DNA of 64,000 nucleotides from an uncultured Dorea sp. (GCA_910578455.1 CAJTQA010000011.1:302-64301), one strand, 5' to 3'. Positions 38,212 through 48,709 are shown, counted from the stretch's first letter. Program-made: numbers and translations. Notes: generated by a model from the letters alone, not told the origin.

Positions 38212-39624
38212 CTATTCCGGCCATTGAATCTCGGTAATATCAGGATAACGCTCTATGATCGCCGTCTCAAAATTCTTTTTCGCCTTATCATAGTCAACCT
38301 TCCCCTGCAGATAATCACTGAACGAATTCTGGATTAATTCCACACATCCCTGATCATATGCGGAAAGCGGAGCAATCTGAATATTTTCTGCAACCGGTGC
38401 AAAATATTGAAATGCATTCTGCCCTCCAAGGAATTCTGAAGCGAAAGAATCGTCTTCTGCCGCTTCTTTCATACCACTTGTTGTATTCGTAAAATCCGAA
38501 TAGTCTTTTGAAATTTTCAGCAGATTATCTTTGTCTACCGTTACCGCAAGAATAATGTCTTTTACGTGCTCCGGATTATCTGTACCCGTACATGCATGTA
38601 CATAAGAACCGCCCCAATTATATTCCTGCGGAGGATTGGTAACAGCCCATACGCCGTCTTCACCGTCCCAGTTTGGATTCAAAGTAAAATCAATTCCCCA
38701 TGCCGGGAACAGGAATGCGAATACTTTAGAAGCAGAACCCATTGCTTTATTCCAGTCATCGTTCCACTGGCCTTTTATATTCTTATCTAAATAGCCTGCA
38801 TCCAGCCACTCTTTAGAACTATTTACCCAATCCATGATTTTCTGGTCAACTTTTATCGTCGTTTCACCAGGACTTACCCATGATTGTTCAATGCTGTTAC
38901 CATACAGACGGAATGTATCTGCATAAGAAGCAAATGTATAATATCCTTTTGCTTTTAGCTCTTCTGCCGTTGTTTTTATAGTATCCCAGTCTTTTACTTT
39001 CTGACCGATTTCTTCCGGATCATCTGTTCCAAATACTTCTTTGGCGATATCACGGCGATATACTAACAGTCCCGGACAGCACTGCCATGTAGAGCCCCTC
39101 TGAACGCCATCTACATCAGAAGCTGTAACTTTCGTAAAATCATACTGATCTGCCAGATCCTTATCAGGGTCAATTCCAAGATCCTTAAGAGGTATAGCCG
39201 CATCCGCATCTGCATCCGTATATTTATTGACATAATCCGTCTCTGACAAGAAGATGTCGACTTTGTCATCGGCTGAGGCGTCTGCCTGTTTCATAAGCGC
39301 CTCATCAAGCTTTTGCTGATAGACGCCATCCTGATTGGGATTGATAATCCAGTGAATCTCTGTACCGTCGTTTAAAACAGTTACCGTGCCGTCCTTAGAA
39401 GTTTCCTTTACTTTTGGATAAACTGCCTCCACACGTTCACGAAATTCGTCATTCCAGCTATAAATATTAATAACCTTTCCTTCCTCTCCACTTGACGCAC
39501 CGCCGCTTGACGCACCGCCGCTTGACGCACCGCCGTTTCCAGAATCAGACGATTTCCCGCAGCCTGCTGCCAGACTTGCTGCCATCGCCGCAATTAACAT
39601 GATACTGACTACTCTCTTTTTCAT
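38212..39624 (-). CDS. Carbohydrate ABC transporter substrate-binding lipoprotein
   Basis: Lipobox LAAGC, Gly/Ser linker, WGGS; first gene of the ABC operon. Confidence 0.93.
   Translation of the reverse strand: MKKRVVSIMLIAAMAASLAAGCGKSSDSGNGGASSGGASSGGASSGEEGKVINIYSWNDEFRERVEAVYPKVKETSKDGTVTVLNDGTEIHWIINPNQDGVYQQKLDEALMKQADASADDKVDIFLSETDYVNKYTDADADAAIPLKDLGIDPDKDLADQYDFTKVTASDVDGVQRGSTWQCCPGLLVYRRDIAKEVFGTDDPEEIGQKVKDWDTIKTTAEELKAKGYYTFASYADTFRLYGNSIEQSWVSPGETTIKVDQKIMDWVNSSKEWLDAGYLDKNIKGQWNDDWNKAMGSASKVFAFLFPAWGIDFTLNPNWDGEDGVWAVTNPPQEYNWGGSYVHACTGTDNPEHVKDIILAVTVDKDNLLKISKDYSDFTNTTSGMKEAAEDDSFASEFLGGQNAFQYFAPVAENIQIAPLSAYDQGCVELIQNSFSDYLQGKVDYDKAKKNFETAIIERYPDITEIQWPE
39491..39536 (-). 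repeat. Three 15-bp tandem units encoding GGASS
   Basis: CTTGACGCACCGCCG x3. Confidence 0.9.
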
Positions 39625-39725
39625 TAAAAAACCCTCCTTTTATATTTTGTGAAACATTAGCTTCACGTTTATTGATGGATGGATTATAATATATAATTTT
39701 TTTCAGTTATATTAGAGTTCTTACC

Positions 39726-39744
39726 AAAATATCAGATTCATGAC
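39726..39744 (-). promoter_or_regulatory. Putative activator site 1 (ABC operon promoter)
   Basis: AAAATATCAGATTCATGAC, exact inverse of 39794..39812; minus-strand TATAAT at 39688..39683. Confidence 0.75.
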
Positions 39745-39793
39745 ACATTTTAAATTTTCTGTTAAACAATGGGAACTGCCTCGCTTATTTTAG

Positions 39794-39812
39794 GTCATGA
39801 ATCTGATATTTT
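39794..39812 (+). promoter_or_regulatory. Putative activator site 2 (GH94 operon promoter)
   Basis: GTCATGAATCTGATATTTT; TATGAT at 39850..39855. Confidence 0.75.
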
Positions 39813-39894
39813 TCACATGTTTTTTATTTTTTTAATACATGATTTCCTCTATGATGTTTTCTATCTAAATATATAAATGAAAGGAGCATAAAGA

Positions 39895-42594
39895 TTGGAG
39901 CATTTAAAATTTATCGATGAGCACGGCAGCTTTTCAATAAGACAACCGGAAAATACAAGTTATTTGTACTTTCCTCTGGCATCGGAAATGGGTCTGAAGA
40001 GCGCCGTAACGCCAAATCTTGGGGGCGATGCCAAGATTGATCAGGAAACCTTCCTTTTAGAACCAGTAAGTTCTGAAAACTTACATAATAATCGTTCCAC
40101 CCGTAACTTCTGGCTGTTAATAGACGGCGCAGATGCATATTCAGCTTCTGGAGCGTCCGCTGAGCAGGAAAGCGTCAAATTTACTGCAATGCAGGATGAA
40201 AGTGAACTGAAAGCAGGATTTATGTGGCAAACACTGACAAGATTGTCCAAAGTCCACCAATTAAAGTCTACGATTACCTCTTTTATTCCAAAAGATTACA
40301 ATGTAGAAATCATGTATGTAACCGTGCAGAATCATTCGGAAGTTACGCAGGAATTAACTGCTTATGCCGCGATTCCTATCTATGGGCGCAGTGCAGACAA
40401 CATCCGCGACCACAGGAATGTCACATCCATGTTACACAGGATCGATACGAATAAAAACGGAGTCCTTGTCTGCCCCACCATGTCCTTTGATGAAAAAGGG
40501 CACCGTCCCAATAAACATATTTATTATGTTATGGGGTGTATGGGTAATGGCAATGCACCGAAGAGTTTCTATCCCACTGTCGAAGATTTCGTCGGCGAAG
40601 GGGGAACCTTTACACATCCCCGCGCCATATATGAAAAACACCTTGGGGTTACAGCGCCCGGGCATGCGGCCGGAAAGGAAGCAATGGGCGCCTTCCGCTT
40701 TGAAACCGTCTCTCTTGCTCCCGGGGAAAAAGCAGATTATATTCTTCTTATTGGCACGGAAGACAATGAAAAAAAGATTCTTGACCTGTTTGAGAAATAT
40801 AATACCGCCGGCAAAGTGCAAAAGGCTTTTTCGGATACAAAATCTTACTGGCAAAATAAAGTAAACGTGAAGTTCCATACGAAGGAAGCGGATTTTGACC
40901 ATCTAATGAAATGGATCTGCTTTCAGCCGTTCCTCCGCCGATTATTCGGCTGTTCTTTCCTTCCGCATCATGACTACGGACGGGGCGGCCGTGGATGGAG
41001 AGATCTGTGGCAGGATTGTCTTTCTTTGTTGCTGATAGAACCTGAAAGCGTCAGTCATATGATTACCATGAATTATGGGGGCGTCCGCATTGACGGAACC
41101 AACGCAACAATTATCGGAAATGGAGATGGTAATTTCCTTGCAGATCGAAATGGAATCTCCAGGGTATGGATGGATCATGCACTTTGGCCGTTAATGACTA
41201 CAAAACTTTATATAGATCAAACAGGAGACGCCCAAATACTAAATAAATCTATTTCCTATTTTAAAGATGCTCAGACTATGCGCGGAACTGAGGTTGACGT
41301 TCTGTGGAATTCAGAACAGGGAGACAAACAACGTACTGCCCAAAATGACATCTATACCGGAAGTATTTTAGAGCATCTTCTCATCCAGCAGCTGACTGCA
41401 TTTTATGAAGTAGGAGACCATAACATCTACCGACTCCGCGGAGCCGATTGGAACGATGCACTGGATATGGCGTCAGAACACGGCGAAAGTGTTGCCTTTA
41501 CCTGTGCCTATGCCGGTAACCTGTTGAATCTTGCGTCAATGATCCGTCTATTGGACAGCCATTCCTCCACGCATACGGTAGAATTGTTGGAAGAAATAAA
41601 GATTTTATTGGAAAACGATGTAAATGTCTTTGACGATATCGGAAAAAAGCACAAAATAATAGCCGACTATATGGGTTGCTGCAGACATACCATCAGCGGT
41701 AAACGTATCAGCATCTCACTCTCGGCTCTTGCTGTAAATCTGATTCAAAAAGCGAATTGGCTCATGGAGCGTCTGAGATCCCAGGAATGGATTGACGGTC
41801 CGGGTGAAGAAGGATGGTTTAACAGCTATTATGATAATCATGGCCGCGCCGTTGAAGGTTTGTTCAAAAATCATGTGCGTATGATGCTGACCGGGCAAGT
41901 CTTTGCTATCATGAGCGGAACTGCGGAAGACAGCCAGATTGAAAAGATTACAAGAAGCGCCGATCACTATCTTTATCAAAAAGAAATCGGCGGTTACCGC
42001 CTGAATACCGATTTCCATGAACTGAAATTTGATATGGGGCGTATGTTTGGATTTGCATATGGTGAAAAAGAAAACGGAGCTGTATTCTCCCATATGGCAG
42101 TTATGTATGCCAACGCCCTGTATCACAGAGGATTTGTAAAAGAAGGATGGAAAGCGCTTAAGACACTTGCTGATACAGCCCTGGATTTTAATACCAGCCA
42201 TATCTATCCGGGGATTCCGGAATATTTCCGTTCTGACGGACGGGGAATGTACCAGTATCTGACAGGCGCCGCAAGCTGGTTTATGCTGACGATGATTACA
42301 GAAGTCTTCGGTGTCCGGGGCGAAGCCGGAGACCTTATCCTGTATCCAAAACTTCTGGCCTGCCAGTTTGATGAAAATGCCGCCGCTTCCATTACCATTC
42401 CTTTTGCAGGGAAAAATTTTACTATTATTTATAGAAATAAAAACGGCAAAGACTTTGGAGCTTATATTATTGATTCTGCTTCATGTGATGGAAATGAACT
42501 TGCAGTAAATGAAGATTCTTTTGTTAGTCTTTCCCGGAATATGCTTACTGCATTATCAGACGACATGCACACCATCATCATAAATCTGCTGTAA
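39895..42594 (+). CDS. GH94 glycoside phosphorylase, laminaribiose phosphorylase-like
   Basis: SYLYFPL, GRGGRGWRDLWQD and ADWNDALD; the N-terminus resembles Paenibacillus laminaribiose phosphorylase as recalled. Confidence 0.85.
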   Translation: MEHLKFIDEHGSFSIRQPENTSYLYFPLASEMGLKSAVTPNLGGDAKIDQETFLLEPVSSENLHNNRSTRNFWLLIDGADAYSASGASAEQESVKFTAMQDESELKAGFMWQTLTRLSKVHQLKSTITSFIPKDYNVEIMYVTVQNHSEVTQELTAYAAIPIYGRSADNIRDHRNVTSMLHRIDTNKNGVLVCPTMSFDEKGHRPNKHIYYVMGCMGNGNAPKSFYPTVEDFVGEGGTFTHPRAIYEKHLGVTAPGHAAGKEAMGAFRFETVSLAPGEKADYILLIGTEDNEKKILDLFEKYNTAGKVQKAFSDTKSYWQNKVNVKFHTKEADFDHLMKWICFQPFLRRLFGCSFLPHHDYGRGGRGWRDLWQDCLSLLLIEPESVSHMITMNYGGVRIDGTNATIIGNGDGNFLADRNGISRVWMDHALWPLMTTKLYIDQTGDAQILNKSISYFKDAQTMRGTEVDVLWNSEQGDKQRTAQNDIYTGSILEHLLIQQLTAFYEVGDHNIYRLRGADWNDALDMASEHGESVAFTCAYAGNLLNLASMIRLLDSHSSTHTVELLEEIKILLENDVNVFDDIGKKHKIIADYMGCCRHTISGKRISISLSALAVNLIQKANWLMERLRSQEWIDGPGEEGWFNSYYDNHGRAVEGLFKNHVRMMLTGQVFAIMSGTAEDSQIEKITRSADHYLYQKEIGGYRLNTDFHELKFDMGRMFGFAYGEKENGAVFSHMAVMYANALYHRGFVKEGWKALKTLADTALDFNTSHIYPGIPEYFRSDGRGMYQYLTGAASWFMLTMITEVFGVRGEAGDLILYPKLLACQFDENAAASITIPFAGKNFTIIYRNKNGKDFGAYIIDSASCDGNELAVNEDSFVSLSRNMLTALSDDMHTIIINLL

Positions 42595-42644
42595 GCTCCT
42601 GAAAAGACGCTTTGATCTTACTATATAAGGAAAGGGAAAATAAT

Positions 42645-45056
42645 ATGAAATATGGACATTTTGACGACACAGAACGGGAATATGTTATAGAACGGCCGGA
42701 TACCCCCGCTCCCTGGGTAAACTATCTGGGTTCTCCGGAATATGGAGCAATTATTTCCAATAATGCAGGCGGTTACAGTTTTGCAAAGTCAGGCGCAAAT
42801 GGAAGGATTCTGCGTTACATTTTCAACAGCTTTGATCAGCCCGGCAGATATCTTTACATCCGTGATAACGAGTCTAAGGATTACTGGTCTGCCTCCTGGC
42901 AGCCGGTGGGCAAAGACCTTAACAATTATGAAAGTAAATGTTATCACGGTATGGGCTATACCAGGATGACCTCCAGTTATGACGGGATCAGCTCGGAAGC
43001 CCGCTACTATGTTCCTCTGGGTAAATCCTACGAAGTGTGGGGACTTTCTGTAACAAATAATTCTACACGTACCAGAAGCCTTACCTTGAGCGGCTATGCC
43101 GAATTTACAAATCATAGTAATTATGAGCAGGATCAGGTGAATCTACAGTATTCTCTGTTCATTACAAAAACATTATTTGAAAAGAACCAGATTATTCAGC
43201 AGATTCATGGCAATCTGGACGTCCTGCCAGAAGACGAGCAAGTAGATGACAAAAATGTAACAGAACGCTTCTTTGGACTTGCAGGCGCTCCAATATCCTC
43301 CTATTGCGGGGAAAAAGAACATTTCCTTGGCAGATATCACAGCTATAGCAATCCACAGGGAATCCTGTCAGGCGATCTTGGAAATGTAACCAGTTACAAC
43401 GAAAATTCCTGCGGCGCTCTTTCCTGCAGCGTTACTCTGGCTCCGGGAGAAACGAAAGACATTGCTTTTTTGCTTGGAACAGGCGGCTTTCATGAATCGT
43501 CCGCTCTTCTTGACGCTTATATAAATCCGGCAGAAATGATAAATCAGGAATTACTGGAACTGAAAAACTACTGGAATGAAAAATTAAACCGCCTGAAGGT
43601 AAATACGCCCAGCCCGGAATTTAACACGATGATAAATACTTGGAATGCTTATAACTGCTTCATGACATTTATCTGGTCCCGTGCCGCTTCCTTCATTTAC
43701 TGCGGTCTTCGCAATGGCTATGGTTACCGTGACACCGTACAGGATATACAGGGAATCATTCATCTTGCGCCAGAGATGGCAGCAGAGAAGCTCCGTTTCA
43801 TGCTCTCGGCACAGGTAAGTAACGGCGGCGGACTTCCCCTTGTTAAATTCACACACAATCCAGGACATGAGGATACGCCGGATGACGCTTCCTACAGGCA
43901 GGAAACCGGCCACCCCGCCTATCGTGCCGATGACGCGCTGTGGCTTTTTCCAACCGTATACAAATATATTGCCGAGACCGGAAATACGGAATTTCTAAAT
44001 GAAGTCATACCTTTCGCAGATAAAGGTGAAGCCACTGTTTACGAACATCTGAAACGTGCGGTTACATTCTCATTTGATCACCTTGGTCCCCACGGTATGC
44101 CCGCAGGACTTTATGCGGATTGGAATGACTGCCTTCGTCTGGGCGCAAACGGAGAGTCCTCATTCGTTGCGATGCAGTTCTACTACGCAATGACTATTTT
44201 AAAGCAATTTGCCGGGTACATGAAGGATACGGAATATGAAAAATACCTCGAAAAAAGACAGGAAGAGACAGGCGATATAATTCAAAAATTATGCTGGGAT
44301 CAGGATCGCTTTATTCGCGGATATACAGAAGCCGGAGATCGGATCGGCGCTGCGAAAGACCCAGAAGCTAATCTGTGGCTGAATCCACAGAGCTGGTCTG
44401 TCATCAGCGGACTTGCCGCCGCCGATCAGGCCGATACAGCGCTTACAAATGTCTATCAACAATTAAATACGGAATATGGAGCCCTTCTGATGAATCCGCC
44501 CTATCATGCCAATGCCTTCGACGGCGCTCTTGCCGTCATATATAATCAGGGAACAAAAGAGAATGCCGGTATCTTCTCGCAATCTCAGGGCTGGTTGATC
44601 CTGGCAGAAGCTCTATGCGGACATGGAGAACGTGCTTTTACCTATTTTATAGAAAATGCACCTGCCGCTTGGAATAACCAGGCGGAACTCCGTTGTTTGG
44701 AACCTTACTGTTACGGACAATTTACAGAAGGACGTGCCAGCAAACATCACGGACGTTCTCATGTCCACTGGCTAACCGGAACTGCCTCGACCATGATGGT
44801 TGGATGTGTGGAGGGGATCCTGGGGCTCCGTCCTGACCTGAATGGTATAACCCTATCTCCGGCTATTCCAATAAGCTGGACACATTTGGAAATAGAGAAG
44901 GATTTTCGCGGAAAACATCTGCATATTCTTATCGAAAATCCGAACAAGCGGGAAACCGGTTACGAAAAGCTTATTCTAAATGGCACAGAACTTGACAGTA
45001 ATTATATCCCGGCCGATTGCCTTAAGGATAGAAATCATATTCAGATGATCCTCTAA
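42645..45056 (+). CDS. GH94 glycoside phosphorylase, cellodextrin phosphorylase-like
   Basis: PDTPAPWVNYLG, GYRDTVQD, ADWNDCL, KENAGIF and WLTGTA. Confidence 0.88.
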   Translation: MKYGHFDDTEREYVIERPDTPAPWVNYLGSPEYGAIISNNAGGYSFAKSGANGRILRYIFNSFDQPGRYLYIRDNESKDYWSASWQPVGKDLNNYESKCYHGMGYTRMTSSYDGISSEARYYVPLGKSYEVWGLSVTNNSTRTRSLTLSGYAEFTNHSNYEQDQVNLQYSLFITKTLFEKNQIIQQIHGNLDVLPEDEQVDDKNVTERFFGLAGAPISSYCGEKEHFLGRYHSYSNPQGILSGDLGNVTSYNENSCGALSCSVTLAPGETKDIAFLLGTGGFHESSALLDAYINPAEMINQELLELKNYWNEKLNRLKVNTPSPEFNTMINTWNAYNCFMTFIWSRAASFIYCGLRNGYGYRDTVQDIQGIIHLAPEMAAEKLRFMLSAQVSNGGGLPLVKFTHNPGHEDTPDDASYRQETGHPAYRADDALWLFPTVYKYIAETGNTEFLNEVIPFADKGEATVYEHLKRAVTFSFDHLGPHGMPAGLYADWNDCLRLGANGESSFVAMQFYYAMTILKQFAGYMKDTEYEKYLEKRQEETGDIIQKLCWDQDRFIRGYTEAGDRIGAAKDPEANLWLNPQSWSVISGLAAADQADTALTNVYQQLNTEYGALLMNPPYHANAFDGALAVIYNQGTKENAGIFSQSQGWLILAEALCGHGERAFTYFIENAPAAWNNQAELRCLEPYCYGQFTEGRASKHHGRSHVHWLTGTASTMMVGCVEGILGLRPDLNGITLSPAIPISWTHLEIEKDFRGKHLHILIENPNKRETGYEKLILNGTELDSNYIPADCLKDRNHIQMIL

Positions 45057-45075
45057 CCTATATAAGCGAATACCC

Positions 45076-45120
45076 AAATAAAGGACGCAGCATTCTATAC
45101 ACTGCGTCCTTTTATTTATT
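45076..45120. terminator. Bidirectional intrinsic terminator
   Basis: AAGGACGCAG..CTGCGTCCTT with A/T tails between convergent genes. Confidence 0.85.
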
Positions 45121-45134
45121 TTATCTTCTGTTTT

Positions 45135-45884
45135 TTACTCAGTATCCCATTGGATTGTATGATTTAGATCCCGGTATTTCTTCGGAGTCATGCCGACATA
45201 TTCCCGAAATTGTTGTATAAAATGGCTCTGTGAAGAAAAAGACAAACGGTTTGCAATATCAATCATTGAATATTCACTGTACTGTAACAGATTTTTTGCC
45301 ATCTCAATTTTATGTCTGCGTATATAAGCGCTGACCGAATCACCAGTTTCTTTCTTGAACAATCGAGACAGATAGCTAGCAGATACTCCAAGCTCATCTG
45401 CTAAATCTTCAATCGTAATACGTTCTTTTATATGAGAATAAATATATTCCTTGCAAACACTGATATGTTTGGAATTCGTATCACTATGGCATATCTTACA
45501 CATCTTCTCCGTATAATCCAGAACCATAGCGTCATGAAGGTTCCGTACCCCTTGTACCGTGTGTATGTCATCCAGTCTCTGGATATAAAAATCACTCATT
45601 CTGAAAGCCTGTTCTAATTCCATGCCTTTTTGTTTACATAGACGAGTAATCATCGCTGTTGTAATAACAAAATGATATTTTAAATTCGTAACCGGATTCC
45701 TCGATAACACACCAACTCCGTCGCTGTCCAGAAACCTTTCTTGCTCACAGTTCTTCCTGACTGCTTCCATGTCGCCGTTGGTTACTGCCTGATAGAATAA
45801 AAATTCTTCTGTTGGTTGTCTATGCTCTACTTCATCGATATCATCTTCCGCTTCCAAGAGAAGCCATTCATCCTGATATCCCAT
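45135..45884 (-). CDS. AraC-family transcriptional regulator
   Basis: SYLSRLFKKETG..FSSQSHF..GMTP. Confidence 0.93.
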   Translation of the reverse strand: MGYQDEWLLLEAEDDIDEVEHRQPTEEFLFYQAVTNGDMEAVRKNCEQERFLDSDGVGVLSRNPVTNLKYHFVITTAMITRLCKQKGMELEQAFRMSDFYIQRLDDIHTVQGVRNLHDAMVLDYTEKMCKICHSDTNSKHISVCKEYIYSHIKERITIEDLADELGVSASYLSRLFKKETGDSVSAYIRRHKIEMAKNLLQYSEYSMIDIANRLSFSSQSHFIQQFREYVGMTPKKYRDLNHTIQWDTE

Positions 45885-46090
45885 AGTATTATCCCCTTTC
45901 GTATCATTTCTTTCTGATAATCCGAAAAGATTTTATCGAATCTACGTCTAATTCTTCCTATAATCAAAAATCTTACTAATAATTATAACTATAAAATTCT
46001 CATTGAACAATTATAATTTTTCTGTAGAACCTTTTTTAGACTAAAAGATTATAGTATATTTTTATTTTTTATTATATTACATGAATGAAA

Positions 46091-46109
46091 AAAATATCAA
46101 ATTCATGAT
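46091..46109 (-). promoter_or_regulatory. Putative activator site 3 (araC promoter)
   Basis: AAAATATCAAATTCATGAT, 17/19 identical to site 1; minus-strand TATAAT at 46053..46048. Confidence 0.7.
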
Positions 46110-46299
46110 ATTTCTTTATTTATATAATATCCGAAAGCATAACGCTTTTAAATACCTACAAACAGATATTTTTTTCGTAATGTCTGATCGGATACATCTC
46201 TGCAGATATGCAGTAAAATTATTAACACTAATTCTGCATAAAAAATACTGCCGCCATGCGGTTACAATTTTTTTTACAAACTACTTATTGCATTCTTTC

Positions 46300-48315
46300 T
46301 TACAACTTTTTTACAAACAGACAACGGATTGCGTTCAGCACAGCAAGGATCATAACACCTACATCTGCAAAAATCGCCAGATACATATTCGCAATGCCCA
46401 CAGCCCCTAATGCAAGGCATGCGAATTTTACAACAAGCGCCATCGTAATATTCTGGTACACAATCCTCAGACACTTCCTTGAAATCTTAATTGCTTTTGC
46501 AATCTTGATTGGGTCGTCATCCATTAGGACAATATCCGCTGCTTCGATTGCCGCATCAGAACCCATCGCTCCCATAGCGATACCAATATCTGCTCTGGAA
46601 AGCACTGGCGCGTCATTGATACCGTCACCAACAAATGCCAATTTTGCCTTGCCCAGTTTCACCCGCAGAAGTTCTTCCACCTTATCCACCTTATCTGCGG
46701 GCAGAAGTTCACTGTAAGCTTCGTCAATCCCAAGAAAGGATGCGACCTGATTTGCCACTTTCTTTGCATCTCCGGTCAGCATGACGGTCTTATCTACTCC
46801 CGCTTTCTTCAATTCCGCAATCGCCGCCTTAGAATGAGGTTTAATAATATCAGAAATCACGATATGACCTGCATATTTCCCATTAATTGCCATGTGGATA
46901 ATTGTTCCGGTCTGGTGACAGTCCTGATAAGGAATATTCAAATGCTTCATCAGTTTATCGTTCCCGGCTGCGACCTCCATGCCGTCTACTTTTGCAGTCA
47001 CACCGTTTCCGCTGATTTCCTGTATATCCGATACACGAGTCCTGTCAATTTCTCTCCCATATGCCCGCTGTAAACTTTTGCTGATCGGGTGGGAAGATGC
47101 GCTCTCTGCAAAAGCAGCATACTCCAACAGTTTTTCATTCTCTATGGTGGAATGGTGAATCCCGTTTACTTCAAAGACACCTTTTGTCATAGTTCCGGTT
47201 TTGTCAAAAACAACATACTTGGTCTGGGAGAGAATTTCCAGATAGTTTGAACCCTTCACTAGAATGCCTTCCTTGCTTGCGCCTCCAATGCCTGCAAAGA
47301 AACTTAAAGGAATACTGATTACCAGCGCACAAGGGCAGCTAATCACGAGGAATGTCAATGCCCGGTAAACCCAGACGCCCCAATCAGCAGACGATCCTAT
47401 AAAAAACATACGGACAACAGGCGGAAGGAACGCCAGTGCCAACGCCGCATAGCAGACAGCCGGAGTATAGATTTTTGCAAACTTCGAGATAAAATCCTCT
47501 GATTTTGATTTACGGGAGCTTGCATTTTCCACCAAATCCAAAATCTTTGAAACTGTGGATTCCCCAAACTCCTTTGTCGTCTGTATTTTCAATACTCCTG
47601 TCATGCTGATACATCCGCTGATTACTTCGTCGCCAACCTTTGCCTCCCTGGGCAGGCTTTCCCCGGTCAATGCGCTGGTATTCAGGCTGGAAACGCCCTC
47701 AACGATAATCCCGTCAATCGGCACTTTTTCTCCCGGCTGTACAACAATCATGCTGCCAATCCCTACTTCATCTGGATCAGTCTGCTCCAATTTTCCATTT
47801 TTCTCTACATTGGCATAATCAGGACGAATGTCCATCAGGTTGCTGATATTCCGGCGGCTCTTACCAACCGCATATCCCTGAAACCACTCGCCAATCTGAT
47901 AAAACAGCATAACGGCTATGGCTTCCAGATATTCGCCATTCTCATAAATAGCCAATGCCATTGCTCCAATCGTAGCCACTGCCATCAGAAAACTCTCATC
48001 AAATACCTGACGATTTTTAATACCCTTTATAGCTTTCCGTAAAATGTCATACCCGATAATCAGGTAATCAATCAGATAGCACGCAAAACGAAGCCATCTT
48101 CCTGCAAACGAGAATAAATACCTATCAACTGTATCAAACATCTCCGCGGAAATAAACTGGAGTGCCAGCAAGATTCCGGCACTGAGTAAAATCCGAATCA
48201 TCATAACCCTTTGCTTTTTTGTCATACCGTCTTTGCGACTGCCAACAAAAATAAGAAGCGCGGCAGCCATTATAATGACAACCATAAGCAATATACTTAT
48301 TACTAATTCCTCCAT
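46300..48315 (-). CDS. cadA: Heavy-metal (Cd/Zn/Co-type) P1B ATPase
   Basis: TGES, CPC, DKTGT, SHP, GDGINDAP and ADVG. Confidence 0.92.
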   Translation of the reverse strand: MEELVISILLMVVIIMAAALLIFVGSRKDGMTKKQRVMMIRILLSAGILLALQFISAEMFDTVDRYLFSFAGRWLRFACYLIDYLIIGYDILRKAIKGIKNRQVFDESFLMAVATIGAMALAIYENGEYLEAIAVMLFYQIGEWFQGYAVGKSRRNISNLMDIRPDYANVEKNGKLEQTDPDEVGIGSMIVVQPGEKVPIDGIIVEGVSSLNTSALTGESLPREAKVGDEVISGCISMTGVLKIQTTKEFGESTVSKILDLVENASSRKSKSEDFISKFAKIYTPAVCYAALALAFLPPVVRMFFIGSSADWGVWVYRALTFLVISCPCALVISIPLSFFAGIGGASKEGILVKGSNYLEILSQTKYVVFDKTGTMTKGVFEVNGIHHSTIENEKLLEYAAFAESASSHPISKSLQRAYGREIDRTRVSDIQEISGNGVTAKVDGMEVAAGNDKLMKHLNIPYQDCHQTGTIIHMAINGKYAGHIVISDIIKPHSKAAIAELKKAGVDKTVMLTGDAKKVANQVASFLGIDEAYSELLPADKVDKVEELLRVKLGKAKLAFVGDGINDAPVLSRADIGIAMGAMGSDAAIEAADIVLMDDDPIKIAKAIKISRKCLRIVYQNITMALVVKFACLALGAVGIANMYLAIFADVGVMILAVLNAIRCLFVKKL

Positions 48316-48368
48316 AAATAAAACTCCTTTCAAAATATGCTTAATCATTTAATCGTTGTTGGGAAAAA

Positions 48369-48408
48369 TGACACCTTTAAATTGCAGCGGTGCATTTTAA
48401 AGGTGTCA
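48369..48408 (-). terminator. Strong hairpin with T-tail between the chaperone and ATPase genes
   Basis: TGACACCTTTAAA..TTTAAAGGTGTCA followed by TTTTT on the minus strand. Confidence 0.65.
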
Positions 48409-48430
48409 CTTGGCCATAAGCAGCAACCGT

Positions 48431-48649
48431 TTAAAGGAATATTTCACAGTCTGGCTCCACTTTTTTGCAGGCATCCAACACGTTCTTCATAACGTCTTTC
48501 GGCTCCGTCCCCTCGTCAAATTCCACTATCATTTTCTGTGTCATGAAATTAACTGTTGCACCCTGTACACCGCCAGTTTTTCTTGCGGCATCCTCCATGA
48601 GATTTGCACAGTTGGCGCAGTCTACCTCGATCTTGTAAGTTTTCTTCAT
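48431..48649 (-). CDS. Heavy-metal-associated (HMA) domain protein
   Basis: DCANCA motif, 72 aa. Confidence 0.92.
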   Translation of the reverse strand: MKKTYKIEVDCANCANLMEDAARKTGGVQGATVNFMTQKMIVEFDEGTEPKDVMKNVLDACKKVEPDCEIFL

Positions 48650-48683
48650 TGTAAAGTCCTCCTTATTTTCTGCTTTTCAATTT

Positions 48684-48709
48684 AATGATTAAGCACTTGT
48701 TTAATCATT
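48684..48709. promoter_or_regulatory. ArsR/SmtB-type 12-2-12 operator
   Basis: AATGATTAAGCA-CT-TGTTTAATCATT between the HMA gene and the divergent ArsR gene. Confidence 0.75.

Noticed and set aside
46081..46410. 109-aa plus-strand ORF
   Set aside because: It has no RBS, overlaps the regulatory motif and the cadA 3' end, and has no recognisable protein pattern
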